Source: Candidatus Zixiibacteriota bacterium (GTDB lineage Bacteria > Zixibacteria > MSB-5A5 > GN15 > FEB-12). From it: 64,000 nucleotides of DNA. The DNA lies in contig JAJRXM010000020.1 in assembly GCA_024276275.1 (NCBI GenBank), positions 3,231-67,230 of the forward strand, in the 5' to 3' direction. Positions 28,714 to 39,763 of this stretch are shown here, piece by piece (position 1 is the first letter of the stretch; each line of letters opens with the position of its first letter). The translations under genes were made by a program, and so were the position numbers. Below the pieces are notes generated by a model. The model ran no database searches. It was not told the origin of the DNA and was given only the letters and a program-made list of their open reading frames with translations.

Positions 28714-29187
28714 ATGATAATAATTATTCGAGGTCCATCGGGTGCGGGTAAATCTACTGTATCTAACGAACTGGCAAAACAGCACAAGGCATCGCTTGTA
28801 ATATCGCTTGATGAAATCCGTCATTGGATAACTGACTGGACATTTGCCGACAAAGAAGCCCTTCTCGCATTACAATCGGCAGCATCAACAGCACAGATTT
28901 ATCACGACAAAGGCTATACCGTTTTTATCGATCATGTCTTTTTAAATCGCTGGGAGTTTGATAAGTTTGTAGAATCGGTTAAAATAGACGAACCTCAAAT
29001 TAAGTTATTTACTTTAACAGCAGACTTAGATATGCTGGTAAATAGAGATAACGGTCTGCCTGATAATTTAAAAATGGGAAAACGAGTCGAGACATTATAT
29101 GATGAATTTAAAAACTCTGATGAAACCCGAGGCATTACAATAGATACAACAAATATGACAGTTGATAAAATAAATTCTGAATTATAA
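28714..29187 (+). CDS. Small P-loop kinase-like ATPase (AAA_33/zeta-like size class)
   Basis: MIIIIRGPSGAGKSTVSNELA is a Walker A motif at the N-terminus. 157 aa. Confidence 0.55.
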   Translation: MIIIIRGPSGAGKSTVSNELAKQHKASLVISLDEIRHWITDWTFADKEALLALQSAASTAQIYHDKGYTVFIDHVFLNRWEFDKFVESVKIDEPQIKLFTLTADLDMLVNRDNGLPDNLKMGKRVETLYDEFKNSDETRGITIDTTNMTVDKINSEL

Positions 29188-29271
29188 AAGAGTAGGTCGT
29201 CGTTCCGATTTAAAAAAATATAATTGTGAGAAACCCGACAGACGAACTGTTCCGTTTAGAAAAGATAAAAT

Positions 29272-29763
29272 ATGGATTACAAACATGCGATAAAAAAACA
29301 GTACGAAGCATCACTCAATATGCTTGGACAGGCAATAAAAAATTGTCCTGACTCACTTTGGAACGACCAATCATACACAAACAAATACTGGCATATTGCT
29401 TTCCACACTCTTTACTTTACCGATTTATATACCCAAGGGACTGATAAAAATTTTGTGAAATGGGTAAAATATAAGGACAGTTTCGAATTTCTTGACCGTG
29501 AACCTGGCGAAGCACCTATACCTGCAGAAGATGCCTACACCAAAGAAGAAGTTTTAGAGTATTACAATTATGTAGTTAATAACTTAGATGCACGAATCGA
29601 CTCAACCGATATGGAATTAGCCTCCGAAGTTTCTTGGATTCCGTTTACATCGTTTGAGCTGCAGATACATAATATCAAGCATATCCAGCATCATGTCGGG
29701 ATGTTGTTTGAACGACTGCGAAATAATAACATAGATGTCGAATGGGCAAGACGGGAAGGATAG
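29272..29763 (+). CDS. DinB-superfamily four-helix-bundle protein
   Basis: His-rich helices WHIAFHTLYF and HNIKHIQHHVGML; 163 aa. Confidence 0.5.
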   Translation: MDYKHAIKKQYEASLNMLGQAIKNCPDSLWNDQSYTNKYWHIAFHTLYFTDLYTQGTDKNFVKWVKYKDSFEFLDREPGEAPIPAEDAYTKEEVLEYYNYVVNNLDARIDSTDMELASEVSWIPFTSFELQIHNIKHIQHHVGMLFERLRNNNIDVEWARREG

Positions 29764-29767
29764 GATA

Positions 29768-29791
29768 GTAGGGGCGTTTCGTGAAACGCCC
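29768..29791 (+). repeat. REP-like element (GTAGG + hairpin)
   Basis: GTAGG, then the 8-bp stem gggcgttt/aaacgccc. Confidence 0.45.
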
Positions 29792-29915
29792 TGTGTTAAC
29801 ATTAGCAGGAGAGGACGTCTTACATGTATAAAAAAAAGAGCGGTGATAACACCACTCTTTCTGGATTCCCAATCAAGTTGGGAATGACATTATTGTAAAT
29901 CAGCCTTCAGGCTGC

Positions 29916-31178
<1,263 letters not shown>

Positions 31179-32339
31179 TTATGCATCCTTTGCGAGTAAT
31201 TTTGCTTTATTAGTTTGTTCCCAAGTGAACTCTTTTTCGGTTCTTCCAAAATGACCGTAAGCTGCGGATTTACCATAGATAGGTCTGAGAAGATTAAGAG
31301 TTTTAATAATTCCTCTTGGAGTCATATCAAAATGTTTATTTATAAGCTGTACAATTCTTTTTTCTTCAACCTTGTTTGTTTTGTCGGTGAAAACCATAAG
31401 TGAAACAGGTTTGGCAACACCGATAGCGTAGGCAAGTTGAATAGTACATTTATCGGCAAGACCCGATGCTACCACATTCTTGGCAATATAGCGAGCCATA
31501 TATGATGCCGAACGGTCAACCTTTGTAGGATCTTTCCCTGAAAATGCACCACCGCCGTGCGATGCCATACCGCCGTATGTATCGACAATAATTTTACGTC
31601 CGGTCATCCCGGTATCAGACTGAGGACCGCCGATGACAAACTTACCGGTCGGGTTTACTAAGAACTTAGTCTTTTTGTCAATCATCTTTTTTGGAATAAT
31701 CGGTAAGATGATTTTAGAAATCATTTCATCGATTGATTTTTTTGTAATCTTTTTACCGGTACGGTCTAAAATATTTTCGGTATGCTGTGAAGAAATAACA
31801 ACAGTATCAACACGGAAAGGCTTACCGTCTTTATACTCAACAGTTACCTGCGACTTACCGTCAGGTCCGAGATATTTTAACTTGTTTGATTTACGAACTT
31901 TTGCTAACTGTCGGGATAATTTATGAGCCAGCATTATCGGTAACGGCATAAGCTCTTTTGTCTCGCGACAGGCATATCCTGTCATAAGTCCCTGATCGCC
32001 GGCACCGCCGGTGTTGACTCCTTGAGCAATATCGGGAGACTGCATACCAATAGCATTTAAAATTGCACAAGTGTCATAAGCAAATCCATATTTACTATGA
32101 GTATATCCGATATCTTTGACAACTTTTCGAACAAGTCCCTGGACATCAACATATCCTTTGGTCGTAATTTCACCGCCGACTATTATAAGTCCGGCAGTTA
32201 CAAATGTTTCGCAGGCGACCCGCCCTTTTTTATCCTGTTTTAATATCGCATCTAAAACAGCATCCGAAACTTGATCACAGAGTTTATCAGGGTGACCTTC
32301 GGTCACAGACTCTGATGTAAATAAGAAGTTATTAGCCAT
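31179..32339 (-). CDS. metK: S-adenosylmethionine synthetase
   Basis: [62 protein letters not shown]. Confidence 0.95.
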   Translation of the reverse strand: MANNFLFTSESVTEGHPDKLCDQVSDAVLDAILKQDKKGRVACETFVTAGLIIVGGEITTKGYVDVQGLVRKVVKDIGYTHSKYGFAYDTCAILNAIGMQSPDIAQGVNTGGAGDQGLMTGYACRETKELMPLPIMLAHKLSRQLAKVRKSNKLKYLGPDGKSQVTVEYKDGKPFRVDTVVISSQHTENILDRTGKKITKKSIDEMISKIILPIIPKKMIDKKTKFLVNPTGKFVIGGPQSDTGMTGRKIIVDTYGGMASHGGGAFSGKDPTKVDRSASYMARYIAKNVVASGLADKCTIQLAYAIGVAKPVSLMVFTDKTNKVEEKRIVQLINKHFDMTPRGIIKTLNLLRPIYGKSAAYGHFGRTEKEFTWEQTNKAKLLAKDA

Positions 32340-32509
32340 CTATAATCTCCATATTGCTATTATATCAATTCTAACAGGCTATATATCGCAAATTTATCAC
32401 AAAATAACAACCTTTAATTGTATGAATTATATAAATTTGATTTTATATGAAATAATGAAAACGGATTATACCTAGAGAAGTGTAATTTTGATATAAGTAA
32501 ATTGAAGCT

Positions 32510-33139
32510 TCAGCCCGTAAACGAGCCGATCCAGTCATTGATTAAAAACTGTACCCGTCCGATAAGCAAAGATACCCGTCCCATAACGGTATAGCCAAAA
32601 TGAGCCCCAAAAGAAATCATGATAAACCAAATTCCAAGTTTAGCAGTTACGCCTAAGGCACCGGTATGTTCGTGCGAGAAGTAAAAATAGATGAGAGTTG
32701 AGATAACACCGACAACGATTATGATTGCAAGGAGTGTTGCACCAAATCCGTCACCGTTAAATAATGGAAGCATAGTATTTTGCATTTGAGGTAAAACTAA
32801 TCCGTGAAGCTGAGAGACTATGAAAATACCTGCTGTTACACCCATCACAAAAGCCAAAGAGATACGGGACAACCATGAGTACTTTGTAGTAAACCGAGTA
32901 AACATCAAAAAGCCTAATAATCCGGGTATAAACAGCCACCATTTTCCGGCAAGCATCGGGTCCCAAAGTGTTTGAAGAATAACAGAATCCCAAACTAATC
33001 CTACTTGATAGCCGGCAGTCAGTCCCGCAAAAATATGTTCAGCTATACGATAAAACGGATTGTCTTTGTACATAAACGAGAACAAAGCCAGCGTTACAAA
33101 CGCCATAAGCCAAAGTTGGAAAATTTCTATTCCACTCAT
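32510..33139 (-). CDS. Polytopic membrane protein, unknown function (operon gene 4 of 4)
   Basis: 209 aa, about 6 TM helices. Its start overlaps the upstream stop by 4 nt. Confidence 0.55.
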   Translation of the reverse strand: MSGIEIFQLWLMAFVTLALFSFMYKDNPFYRIAEHIFAGLTAGYQVGLVWDSVILQTLWDPMLAGKWWLFIPGLLGFLMFTRFTTKYSWLSRISLAFVMGVTAGIFIVSQLHGLVLPQMQNTMLPLFNGDGFGATLLAIIIVVGVISTLIYFYFSHEHTGALGVTAKLGIWFIMISFGAHFGYTVMGRVSLLIGRVQFLINDWIGSFTG

Positions 33140-33969
33140 GCCGTCTCCAGTGATTTTCTACGACCGATAAAGAAACTAAGATTACCGAGAATAACTAAAA
33201 AGATTATAAGTAAATGTACGAGGGATTGAGCAGACATACCTGTAACAGCCGAGGCTTTATGTCCGACCAAAATTTCATACTCTGCGGCACCTTTCATCCC
33301 ACCAAGCAGACCTTTAAACTGACCTGATGCGACAAAAGCATAATACTTCGGGGCTGATACAGCAGTAGTACCGCAAACCATAGGAAGCCCAAATTGTGCA
33401 TTTACAATCGACACCCAATAATCAGCGGTAGCATTGTCGGCAATTTCAAAGAGAAACGATATATCCGCATAGTTTTTCGTTTTTGTCATCAGAGGAAGTT
33501 CTGATAGAGGAGTGCCGGAGTTATCGGTCGGGAAAATATCTTCAATTGATTGTCCCATGCCGGACATTACCGCAACATAGTTTGCTTTATAACCTAAGTT
33601 TACAAAATCAATACCATACTCTTTATTGTATTCCTTCGCCATCATACGGGTGATAGTCTCAGCCATTGAGGGACCGCCTAACGGAATATTTGAAAGAGTT
33701 ATAACTTTTATATCTTTACTAAAGAACTGATGCAACGCTGCTATTGCCATCGGTTCACATTCGGCAATAGTTGAAGGGTAGTAATCAAAAACAAGCATAA
33801 CAGTAGAACCGTCGGGGAGTGCTTCAATAGTATCATAAACTGCTTGAGCTTCAGGAGTGATAGAAATAGGTAATGACATAGGATAAAGAAACGGTATCAC
33901 TACAGAAATCGCAACCATCAGGTAAATCCACCTGCGGTCCATCTTTTCCATTTTATTCCAAATAGACAT
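33136..33969 (-). CDS. Bitopic membrane protein with large extracytoplasmic domain, unknown function (gene 3 of 4)
   Basis: 277 aa. N-terminal TM (WIYLMVAISVVIPFLY), a ~200-aa soluble domain, C-terminal TM (LVHLLIIFLVILGNLSFF). Confidence 0.55.
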   Translation of the reverse strand: MSIWNKMEKMDRRWIYLMVAISVVIPFLYPMSLPISITPEAQAVYDTIEALPDGSTVMLVFDYYPSTIAECEPMAIAALHQFFSKDIKVITLSNIPLGGPSMAETITRMMAKEYNKEYGIDFVNLGYKANYVAVMSGMGQSIEDIFPTDNSGTPLSELPLMTKTKNYADISFLFEIADNATADYWVSIVNAQFGLPMVCGTTAVSAPKYYAFVASGQFKGLLGGMKGAAEYEILVGHKASAVTGMSAQSLVHLLIIFLVILGNLSFFIGRRKSLETA

Positions 33970-33972
33970 TGT

Positions 33973-34635
33973 TTACCCTTTTCCCATATATGTTCGTTCA
34001 ATACCTAAAATAATACGAAGCGACATCGAGGCAGCTCCTAAAGCAGCACCGATAATAATACCACGTTGAACCGCCATATTAATACCGCCCATTATATATG
34101 TATTGAGCAAATAAGGAATATCAATCCATGGGAATAGATTCAAAAACCATTCACCCATAGGGACACGCCAGAGCATTACCAAAGTTGCTGTTACCAACAA
34201 TAATGTTGCTTCAGCAGAGCGAGCACGAAATGCCCGATATGCTGCCGATGCGATATAAAAAGCTAAAGTAGCAAACATAGTTGCCATCATTGGTGACATA
34301 AGATATTGGAATAACCAGTCATACACAGAACCTTCGTTACGACCAAAACGGATAGACCAATCAGGAGATAAAACCGAGGGAATCGCCATTGCAAAAATAG
34401 CTATAAGAGTGAGAACTTTATACTCCCATCTTTCTTTTTTCCGCCGAACAGCTGCCCAGTTGACTCGTGTTATAGAAACGACACCTAACAAAAGTGTAAA
34501 CCCACCGACAATTGTGAGCCAAATTTTAAGTTCCTGTCCTAATAATCCAAGCCAGTTTTTATCGTCAAAAAAGAATGAAATGACTAAAATAACTCCTGAT
34601 AAAAATGCAACAGCTACCGGTAAAGTAGTTCTCAT
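33973..34635 (-). CDS. Polytopic membrane protein, unknown function (gene 2 of 4)
   Basis: 220 aa, about 6 TM helices. 3-nt gap to the next gene. Confidence 0.55.
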   Translation of the reverse strand: MRTTLPVAVAFLSGVILVISFFFDDKNWLGLLGQELKIWLTIVGGFTLLLGVVSITRVNWAAVRRKKERWEYKVLTLIAIFAMAIPSVLSPDWSIRFGRNEGSVYDWLFQYLMSPMMATMFATLAFYIASAAYRAFRARSAEATLLLVTATLVMLWRVPMGEWFLNLFPWIDIPYLLNTYIMGGINMAVQRGIIIGAALGAASMSLRIILGIERTYMGKG

Positions 34636-34661
34636 TTATATTTTTACTCCAATAATCATCA

Positions 34662-35540
34662 TTATACCGCATCAAATAAAGAGATAAAAAATTCACCGTA
34701 TCCAAAAGAAACTAATAGTGTACCTATAATAATACAAAGTCCAATCAGTACTTTTACAAAATCCTGTCCTTTTAACCCACCAAGCATAACAGGCTCATGT
34801 GATAGATATGCCGAGGCAGCGTACAGCTCTTCACCCATCAAAGTATAATCGCAGGCTGCGATAAAAAACGGAAGCTGTTCCGGTCGGGCGGTTCCGGCAA
34901 TTTGAATAGAACCGGCGGCATTGCCTGTTTCTGCCAAGAGAAGTGATTCGGCAAAAAATGCTCCCATATATATATTGGTGGCAGGACGTTCCCGCATCAT
35001 ATAGCCGTTTACTGTAGCAGTGAATGCAAACTGTTCACCGGCAACATATTGTACCGTATCTTGATTATACGAATCCTTTTTACCCATCTCGATATATGCT
35101 TGTTCTACAACTTCTTGACCTGCGGCTAATACCAAAGGATACCGAACTGGCACATGAAGCGGAGTTTCATATTGAGCGGTAATTTTAGCAACACGACCTA
35201 ATATTGAAATACCTGCTATTGTTTCAATCTCATCTAATTCAGCTATTCCCGGAATAAACAGAACAGGACGACCCATTTCGGTGGCACGTCCGACAGCTTC
35301 TTCAACAGCATCAAGTCCAGGAATTTTACGCAAAAAGAGAGACTTACCTTGTCTTGCCCACTTTGTATATAAGAGAACTGATGCCGAAAAGATGATTACA
35401 AACACTAAAGCATTAATACGGTCAGAGCGGAAAACAGAATTTGCCGTTTCTTGAGCAAAGACAATATCAACATTAATAAATACCTGAAATAGAATTACGT
35501 ATAATGCCGTATGTTTGAGTTGGTTAGTAGTGGATTTCAT
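34662..35540 (-). CDS. Membrane-anchored protein with central soluble domain, unknown function (gene 1 of 4)
   Basis: 292 aa. Two N-terminal hydrophobic segments, a ~190-aa soluble domain (GRPVLFIPGIAELDEIETIAGISILG...), and a C-terminal TM. Confidence 0.55.
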   Translation of the reverse strand: MKSTTNQLKHTALYVILFQVFINVDIVFAQETANSVFRSDRINALVFVIIFSASVLLYTKWARQGKSLFLRKIPGLDAVEEAVGRATEMGRPVLFIPGIAELDEIETIAGISILGRVAKITAQYETPLHVPVRYPLVLAAGQEVVEQAYIEMGKKDSYNQDTVQYVAGEQFAFTATVNGYMMRERPATNIYMGAFFAESLLLAETGNAAGSIQIAGTARPEQLPFFIAACDYTLMGEELYAASAYLSHEPVMLGGLKGQDFVKVLIGLCIIIGTLLVSFGYGEFFISLFDAV

Positions 35541-35626
35541 TGATGCGAATATACCGATAAATGTGGAAAAGTCAATTGTTATATAAATGAAAGCAGATTC
35601 TGTTTGTTGACATTTATAGTAAACTC

Positions 35627-36463
35627 TTGTTAGTTTTGCAGGTGAAAATTAATCTCAAATCTATTGTAGTTCTATTATTACTTATTTTTATCGGAACCAA
35701 GTCTTATGCCGACAACTATCTGAATAAATCCGAACTTATAAAAATTGGAGCAGCTTCTTTTGGAGTTGCAGGTATCGGATTGATATTAGAAAATCAGGTA
35801 GATCTGTCCCAAACGCCGATTATTAAAGGCCCTATACTTTTTGATAAGTATTTTCAAGAACTAATAGGTGGCGATTTGTCAATCAACAGTCGCAAAACAA
35901 ACTTTTTGGATAATAAAACAGGAGCTCTTTTCACTCCGGCACTCGGTTTTACCGTTTTATTGGCAGTTAACTACTCACAAAATAGAAATAGCAAGAGAAA
36001 ACAGCTATTGCAAGACAGCTATCTTTTTACAACCGGTCTTTTAGCGACAGGTGGAATAACGGCGACATTTAAAGGTCTCATCGCTCGTGAGCGACCATAT
36101 TATTATGAAAATCCACAATCTAGACTATTTGAAAAAGACAGTAAATTGTCGTTTTTCTCAGGTCATGCTTCGACAGCATTCTTCTCTATGCATTATCTGA
36201 ACAAACGGATATCATATCTAATGAAAGAAAACAATGTTTCCCTGAAATGGCAGTTGTTAAAATCAATTACAGGTTATGGATGGGCTAGTTATGTCGCTGT
36301 CTCACGCATTCATGCTTCTAAACATTATGCCACAGATGTGATTGTCGGGTCGGGTGTCGGATTTTTGATTGCGGAACTGTTTTATCGTTTCGGAGAGAAA
36401 AAAAATAGTAATTTCTCGCTTCGGTCTACAAGTTCAAGTTTTGTTCTCAATTATTATTTTTAA
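35627..36463 (+). CDS. PAP2-family phosphatase
   Basis: The three PAP2 motifs are present: KGLIARERPY, SFFSGHAS, SRIHASKHYATDV. The start is uncertain (TTG 35627 or GTG 35642). Confidence 0.8.
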   Translation: MLVLQVKINLKSIVVLLLLIFIGTKSYADNYLNKSELIKIGAASFGVAGIGLILENQVDLSQTPIIKGPILFDKYFQELIGGDLSINSRKTNFLDNKTGALFTPALGFTVLLAVNYSQNRNSKRKQLLQDSYLFTTGLLATGGITATFKGLIARERPYYYENPQSRLFEKDSKLSFFSGHASTAFFSMHYLNKRISYLMKENNVSLKWQLLKSITGYGWASYVAVSRIHASKHYATDVIVGSGVGFLIAELFYRFGEKKNSNFSLRSTSSSFVLNYYF

Positions 36464-36532
36464 TTTATTGATAGGGTACAGGCTTATCAGTACGTAATAC
36501 TTGTGCCAACAGGGTATCGCCCTGTCTAAACG

Positions 36533-36555
36533 GAACAGAAAATTCTGTTCGCTAC
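36533..36555 (-). repeat. REP-like element (GTAGC + hairpin)
   Basis: Minus-strand GTAGC, then the stem gaacag/ctgttc. Confidence 0.3.
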
Positions 36556-36743
36556 AAATGACTTACGTTATCGCCTAGTCAGACGTACTCCTGACTATTT
36601 ATTTAAAGTTTTCGTTTGGTGGGTCGGACATTCTTGTTCTACTATAAAATAATGGATTTTATACAAATACCTTCATTAATAGAGAAAGTGGAGAAAATTT
36701 TCGACAACCAAGACAAAAAAATTCTCCACAATTCTTTTTAAAT

Positions 36744-36815
36744 TAGCGATAAGGGGAATCGAACCCCTATTTGACGGATGAGAACCGCCGGTCCTAGCCG
36801 TTAGACGATATCGCC
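36744..36815 (-). tRNA. tRNA-Glu (anticodon CUC), CCA not encoded
   Basis: Reverse complement GGCGATATCGTCTAACGGCTAGGACCGGCGGTTCTCATCCGTCAAATAGGGGTTCGATTCCCCTTATCGCTA folds as a cloverleaf: 7-bp acceptor stem (G1-U72 wobble), D arm GTCT/GGAC, anticodon stem GGCGG/CCGTC with loop TTCTCAT, T arm AGGGG-TTCGATT-CCCCT. Confidence 0.85.
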
Positions 36816-37108
36816 AATTCAATGCGCAATGCTAAAAAACAACAGGCTTGAATATACTCAGATTCAACAAACTGTCAAGTAAAGTGAACCTTTTGGCGTA
36901 CAATGTGTTATAAGAGTATGAAATGTAATGTGATGACACCAAATAACTTACTTCACATCACAAATTTACATTTTTTTGATTTATTTTTCTTACTGAATAG
37001 TACAGAAGAACTAACTTAATGCGATACATATTATTGCCGTCATTTTTATTTTTACAACTGTATGTCGGTTATTTATATTGAAGCTGACTTTAAATAAATG
37101 GAGATTAT

Positions 37109-39562
37109 ATGCCCCGTCAGAAACAAATATCATTGAAAAAACATAAAGAATTGACCGCAAAAGAGCTTGATTATCAGATAAATTATGCTCCCAAAAAAAT
37201 TAAATCCTCGGATTCTATTAATCCCTGTTTGGAGATAATCGGTCAGGAAAATGCTATAAATTCAATAAAACTTGGCTTAAATATTGAATCTACCGGCTAT
37301 AACATCTTTGTGACCGGACCGGCCGGAACAGGTCGAACATCTACAATTCAACATCTTTTAGAACAACTTGACCTTAAGGAACCGGATTTAAAAGATATCT
37401 GTTATGTACATAATTTTAAAAATGAAGATGCCCCAAAAGTCCTGATTTTCAAAGCAGGTGACGGTTGCCGTTTTAAGAAAGACATGGGCTATCTTATATC
37501 ATCAATACGTAAAGCTATTCCCAAAATTTTTATATCAGAAGATTTCAAAGATCGCCAAAATAGAATAATACGAGAATATGAAGGAAGACAAAAAGAGCTG
37601 ATAAATAAGTTTGAGGAAAAACTGACCGATACCGGCTTTGTTATGGTACAGATACAAGCAGGAGCCGGTGTGCGAAATGAAATACAACCTCTTATAGATG
37701 AAGAGCCTTCATCGCTGGAAAAACTTGAACGACTTTCAAAAGAGGGAAAATTTTCTCCCTCCCGTCTTGAAGAACTTGGGCGAGTTTGGGATTCTTTAAG
37801 AAGAGAATTTGATGTTGTAACAGTAGAATCAAAAAAACTCTCTGACAAATTAGATGATGCACTCGCGAAACTGGAATTGACAATCGTATCACCGCTTGTG
37901 ATGGATAAGATAAATCTGTTAAAGAAAAGATATCCGATTGAAAAATTACTAATTTATTTAGATGAAGTAGAGGAAGCACTTCTTGATGATCTCGATAGAT
38001 TTCGTGAGGCACAACCACGACGCGGCGAGGAAGAAGCACCACCTTTTCGTAAGCGTGAACCGTTTGAAGAGTTTTCAGTAAATGTTATCCTAGATAATTC
38101 AACAACAGAAACAATCCCGATAATTTCAGAAAAGTCACCTTCATATAAAAACATATTCGGTTCGTTGGAACGTGTTGTTGACAGATTTGGATACTGGCGT
38201 ACAGATTTCTCCCGTATTTTTTCAGGTTCTCTTTTACAAGCATCGGGTGGGTTTTATATTTTAAACGCTCTTGATCTACTTTCAGAGCAGGGTATGTGGA
38301 TTCAACTCAAGCGTGCTTTAAAAAATCAGGAAATACAAATTGCAGGATATGATCCGTTTTATATGATGGCAGGTGCAGGAATTAAGCCGGAACCTATACC
38401 TTTAAATGTTAAAGTTGTTTTAATTGGTGAACCTCATATTTATAATCTTCTATTGCGAATGGACCCGGATTTCAAAAAAGTTTTTAAGGTAAAAGCAGAA
38501 TTTGACAACACAATGAAAGCTGTGAATAGTAATTTTAATTATTATTATCAATTTATTAAACGAGTAATACTAGATGAACAATTAAAAACTTTTGATATAT
38601 CAGGTCTACAGGCAGTTACCGAGTATGGCATGAAACTCGCAGGCACCCGTGATAAGATTACAACACAATTTACCGGTATTGCCGATATAGTTCGTGAGGC
38701 TGACTATTGTGCGGCTCATAAAAAGAGAAAAATAGTTTCGCGGGCAGATGTATATAATGCAATTGCTAGTCAAAAATCACGTGTGAATCTTCTCGAAGGT
38801 AAAATTCAGGAAATGTTCGATAAAGAAACTATTATGGTATCTTTATCAGGAAAAGCAGTCGGTCAAATAAACGGTCTTTCTGTTTATTCTTTAGGTGAAC
38901 ATTCATTCGGACGACCTACCCGCATTACTGTTAATACATCTCTCGGTAAAGAAGGAGTAATTAACATAGAACGTGAATGTGATCTATCAGGTCCGATACA
39001 TAACAAAGGAGTTTTAGTTTTATCAGGATATTTACGAATGATGTTTGCACAGGATAAACCTCTTGCCATGGCAGCATCAATTTCGTTTGAACAATCTTAC
39101 TCGGGAGTTGACGGTGATTCGGCATCTTCGACAGAAATTTATGCAATTCTTTCATCTTTAGGGAATATTCCGATACATCAGGGAATTGCTGTAACAGGTT
39201 CTGTTAATCAAAAAGGTGAGATTCAGCCTATTGGCGGTGTCAATTATAAGATAGAAGGATACTTTGATGTTTGTAAAAGTAAACGATTAACAGGTAAACA
39301 GGGTGTTATAATACCGCATCAAAATGTAAACGAACTTATGTTACGTCCCGATGTCATCGAAGCGGTTAAACAAAAAAAGTTTCATATCTATCCGGTGAAA
39401 ACTATTGTTGACGGTATAGAGATTCTTACCGGTTTACCTGGGGGAAAACGTTTACGGAGTGTAAAATTTACAAACGGTTCTGTCATGCAGATTGTTGATG
39501 ATAAACTTCGTCAAATGGCATTAGACTTACAATTTTTTGGAAGAAAAGATAATAATAAATAA
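37109..39562 (+). CDS. Lon-like S16 serine protease with AAA-like domain (LonC/Lon-insertion type), Walker A Lys replaced by Arg
   Basis: 817 aa. NIFVTGPAGTGRTSTIQ is a P-loop with R in the Lys position. The C-terminal Lon protease domain has the Ser site VDGDSASS and the Lys site PIGGVNYKIEG. Confidence 0.8.
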   Translation: MPRQKQISLKKHKELTAKELDYQINYAPKKIKSSDSINPCLEIIGQENAINSIKLGLNIESTGYNIFVTGPAGTGRTSTIQHLLEQLDLKEPDLKDICYVHNFKNEDAPKVLIFKAGDGCRFKKDMGYLISSIRKAIPKIFISEDFKDRQNRIIREYEGRQKELINKFEEKLTDTGFVMVQIQAGAGVRNEIQPLIDEEPSSLEKLERLSKEGKFSPSRLEELGRVWDSLRREFDVVTVESKKLSDKLDDALAKLELTIVSPLVMDKINLLKKRYPIEKLLIYLDEVEEALLDDLDRFREAQPRRGEEEAPPFRKREPFEEFSVNVILDNSTTETIPIISEKSPSYKNIFGSLERVVDRFGYWRTDFSRIFSGSLLQASGGFYILNALDLLSEQGMWIQLKRALKNQEIQIAGYDPFYMMAGAGIKPEPIPLNVKVVLIGEPHIYNLLLRMDPDFKKVFKVKAEFDNTMKAVNSNFNYYYQFIKRVILDEQLKTFDISGLQAVTEYGMKLAGTRDKITTQFTGIADIVREADYCAAHKKRKIVSRADVYNAIASQKSRVNLLEGKIQEMFDKETIMVSLSGKAVGQINGLSVYSLGEHSFGRPTRITVNTSLGKEGVINIERECDLSGPIHNKGVLVLSGYLRMMFAQDKPLAMAASISFEQSYSGVDGDSASSTEIYAILSSLGNIPIHQGIAVTGSVNQKGEIQPIGGVNYKIEGYFDVCKSKRLTGKQGVIIPHQNVNELMLRPDVIEAVKQKKFHIYPVKTIVDGIEILTGLPGGKRLRSVKFTNGSVMQIVDDKLRQMALDLQFFGRKDNNK

Positions 39563-39585
39563 AGTATTTGTGTACATGTTGTTTG

Positions 39586-39618
39586 AAGATGCATCACAAA
39601 GTGATGCATCTTTTTTTT
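39586..39618 (+). terminator. Intrinsic terminator of the Lon-like gene
   Basis: 12-bp stem aagatgcatcac/gtgatgcatctt, 3-nt loop, then a T-run. Confidence 0.8.
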
Positions 39619-39763
39619 ATTTACAATAATAATTGTTTACATCTGACATTAAATGAATTATGTATTTATAAATAAAACATAATAAAACTTTATTTTTTTC
39701 TTGACTTAAATAAAAAAAAAATCGTTTTTTAAATGCGAACAAACAAAAACAGGAGAATGTTCA

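Noticed and set aside
32340-32509. SAM riboswitch upstream of metK
   Set aside because: The 170-nt leader is very AT-rich. It shows none of the conserved SAM-I/SAM-II core segments I can recognise and has no terminator-like hairpin.
36921-36973. Imperfect inverted repeat (aaatgtaatgtgatg / catcacaaatttacattt) upstream of the Lon-like gene as an operator
   Set aside because: The arms match only as 7+6 bp with a 3-nt bulge in AT-rich DNA. They lie 135-190 bp from the start codon and resemble no known heat-shock operator such as CIRCE.
36480-37108. Integrated element next to tRNA-Glu
   Set aside because: There is no integrase, no duplicated tRNA 3' end in the window, and the flanking genes look like ordinary chromosomal genes.
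37489-38154. Three overlapping minus-strand ORFs (119, 116, 66 aa)
   Set aside because: They lie antisense within the well-supported Lon-like gene and have low-complexity Ser/Arg-rich translations.
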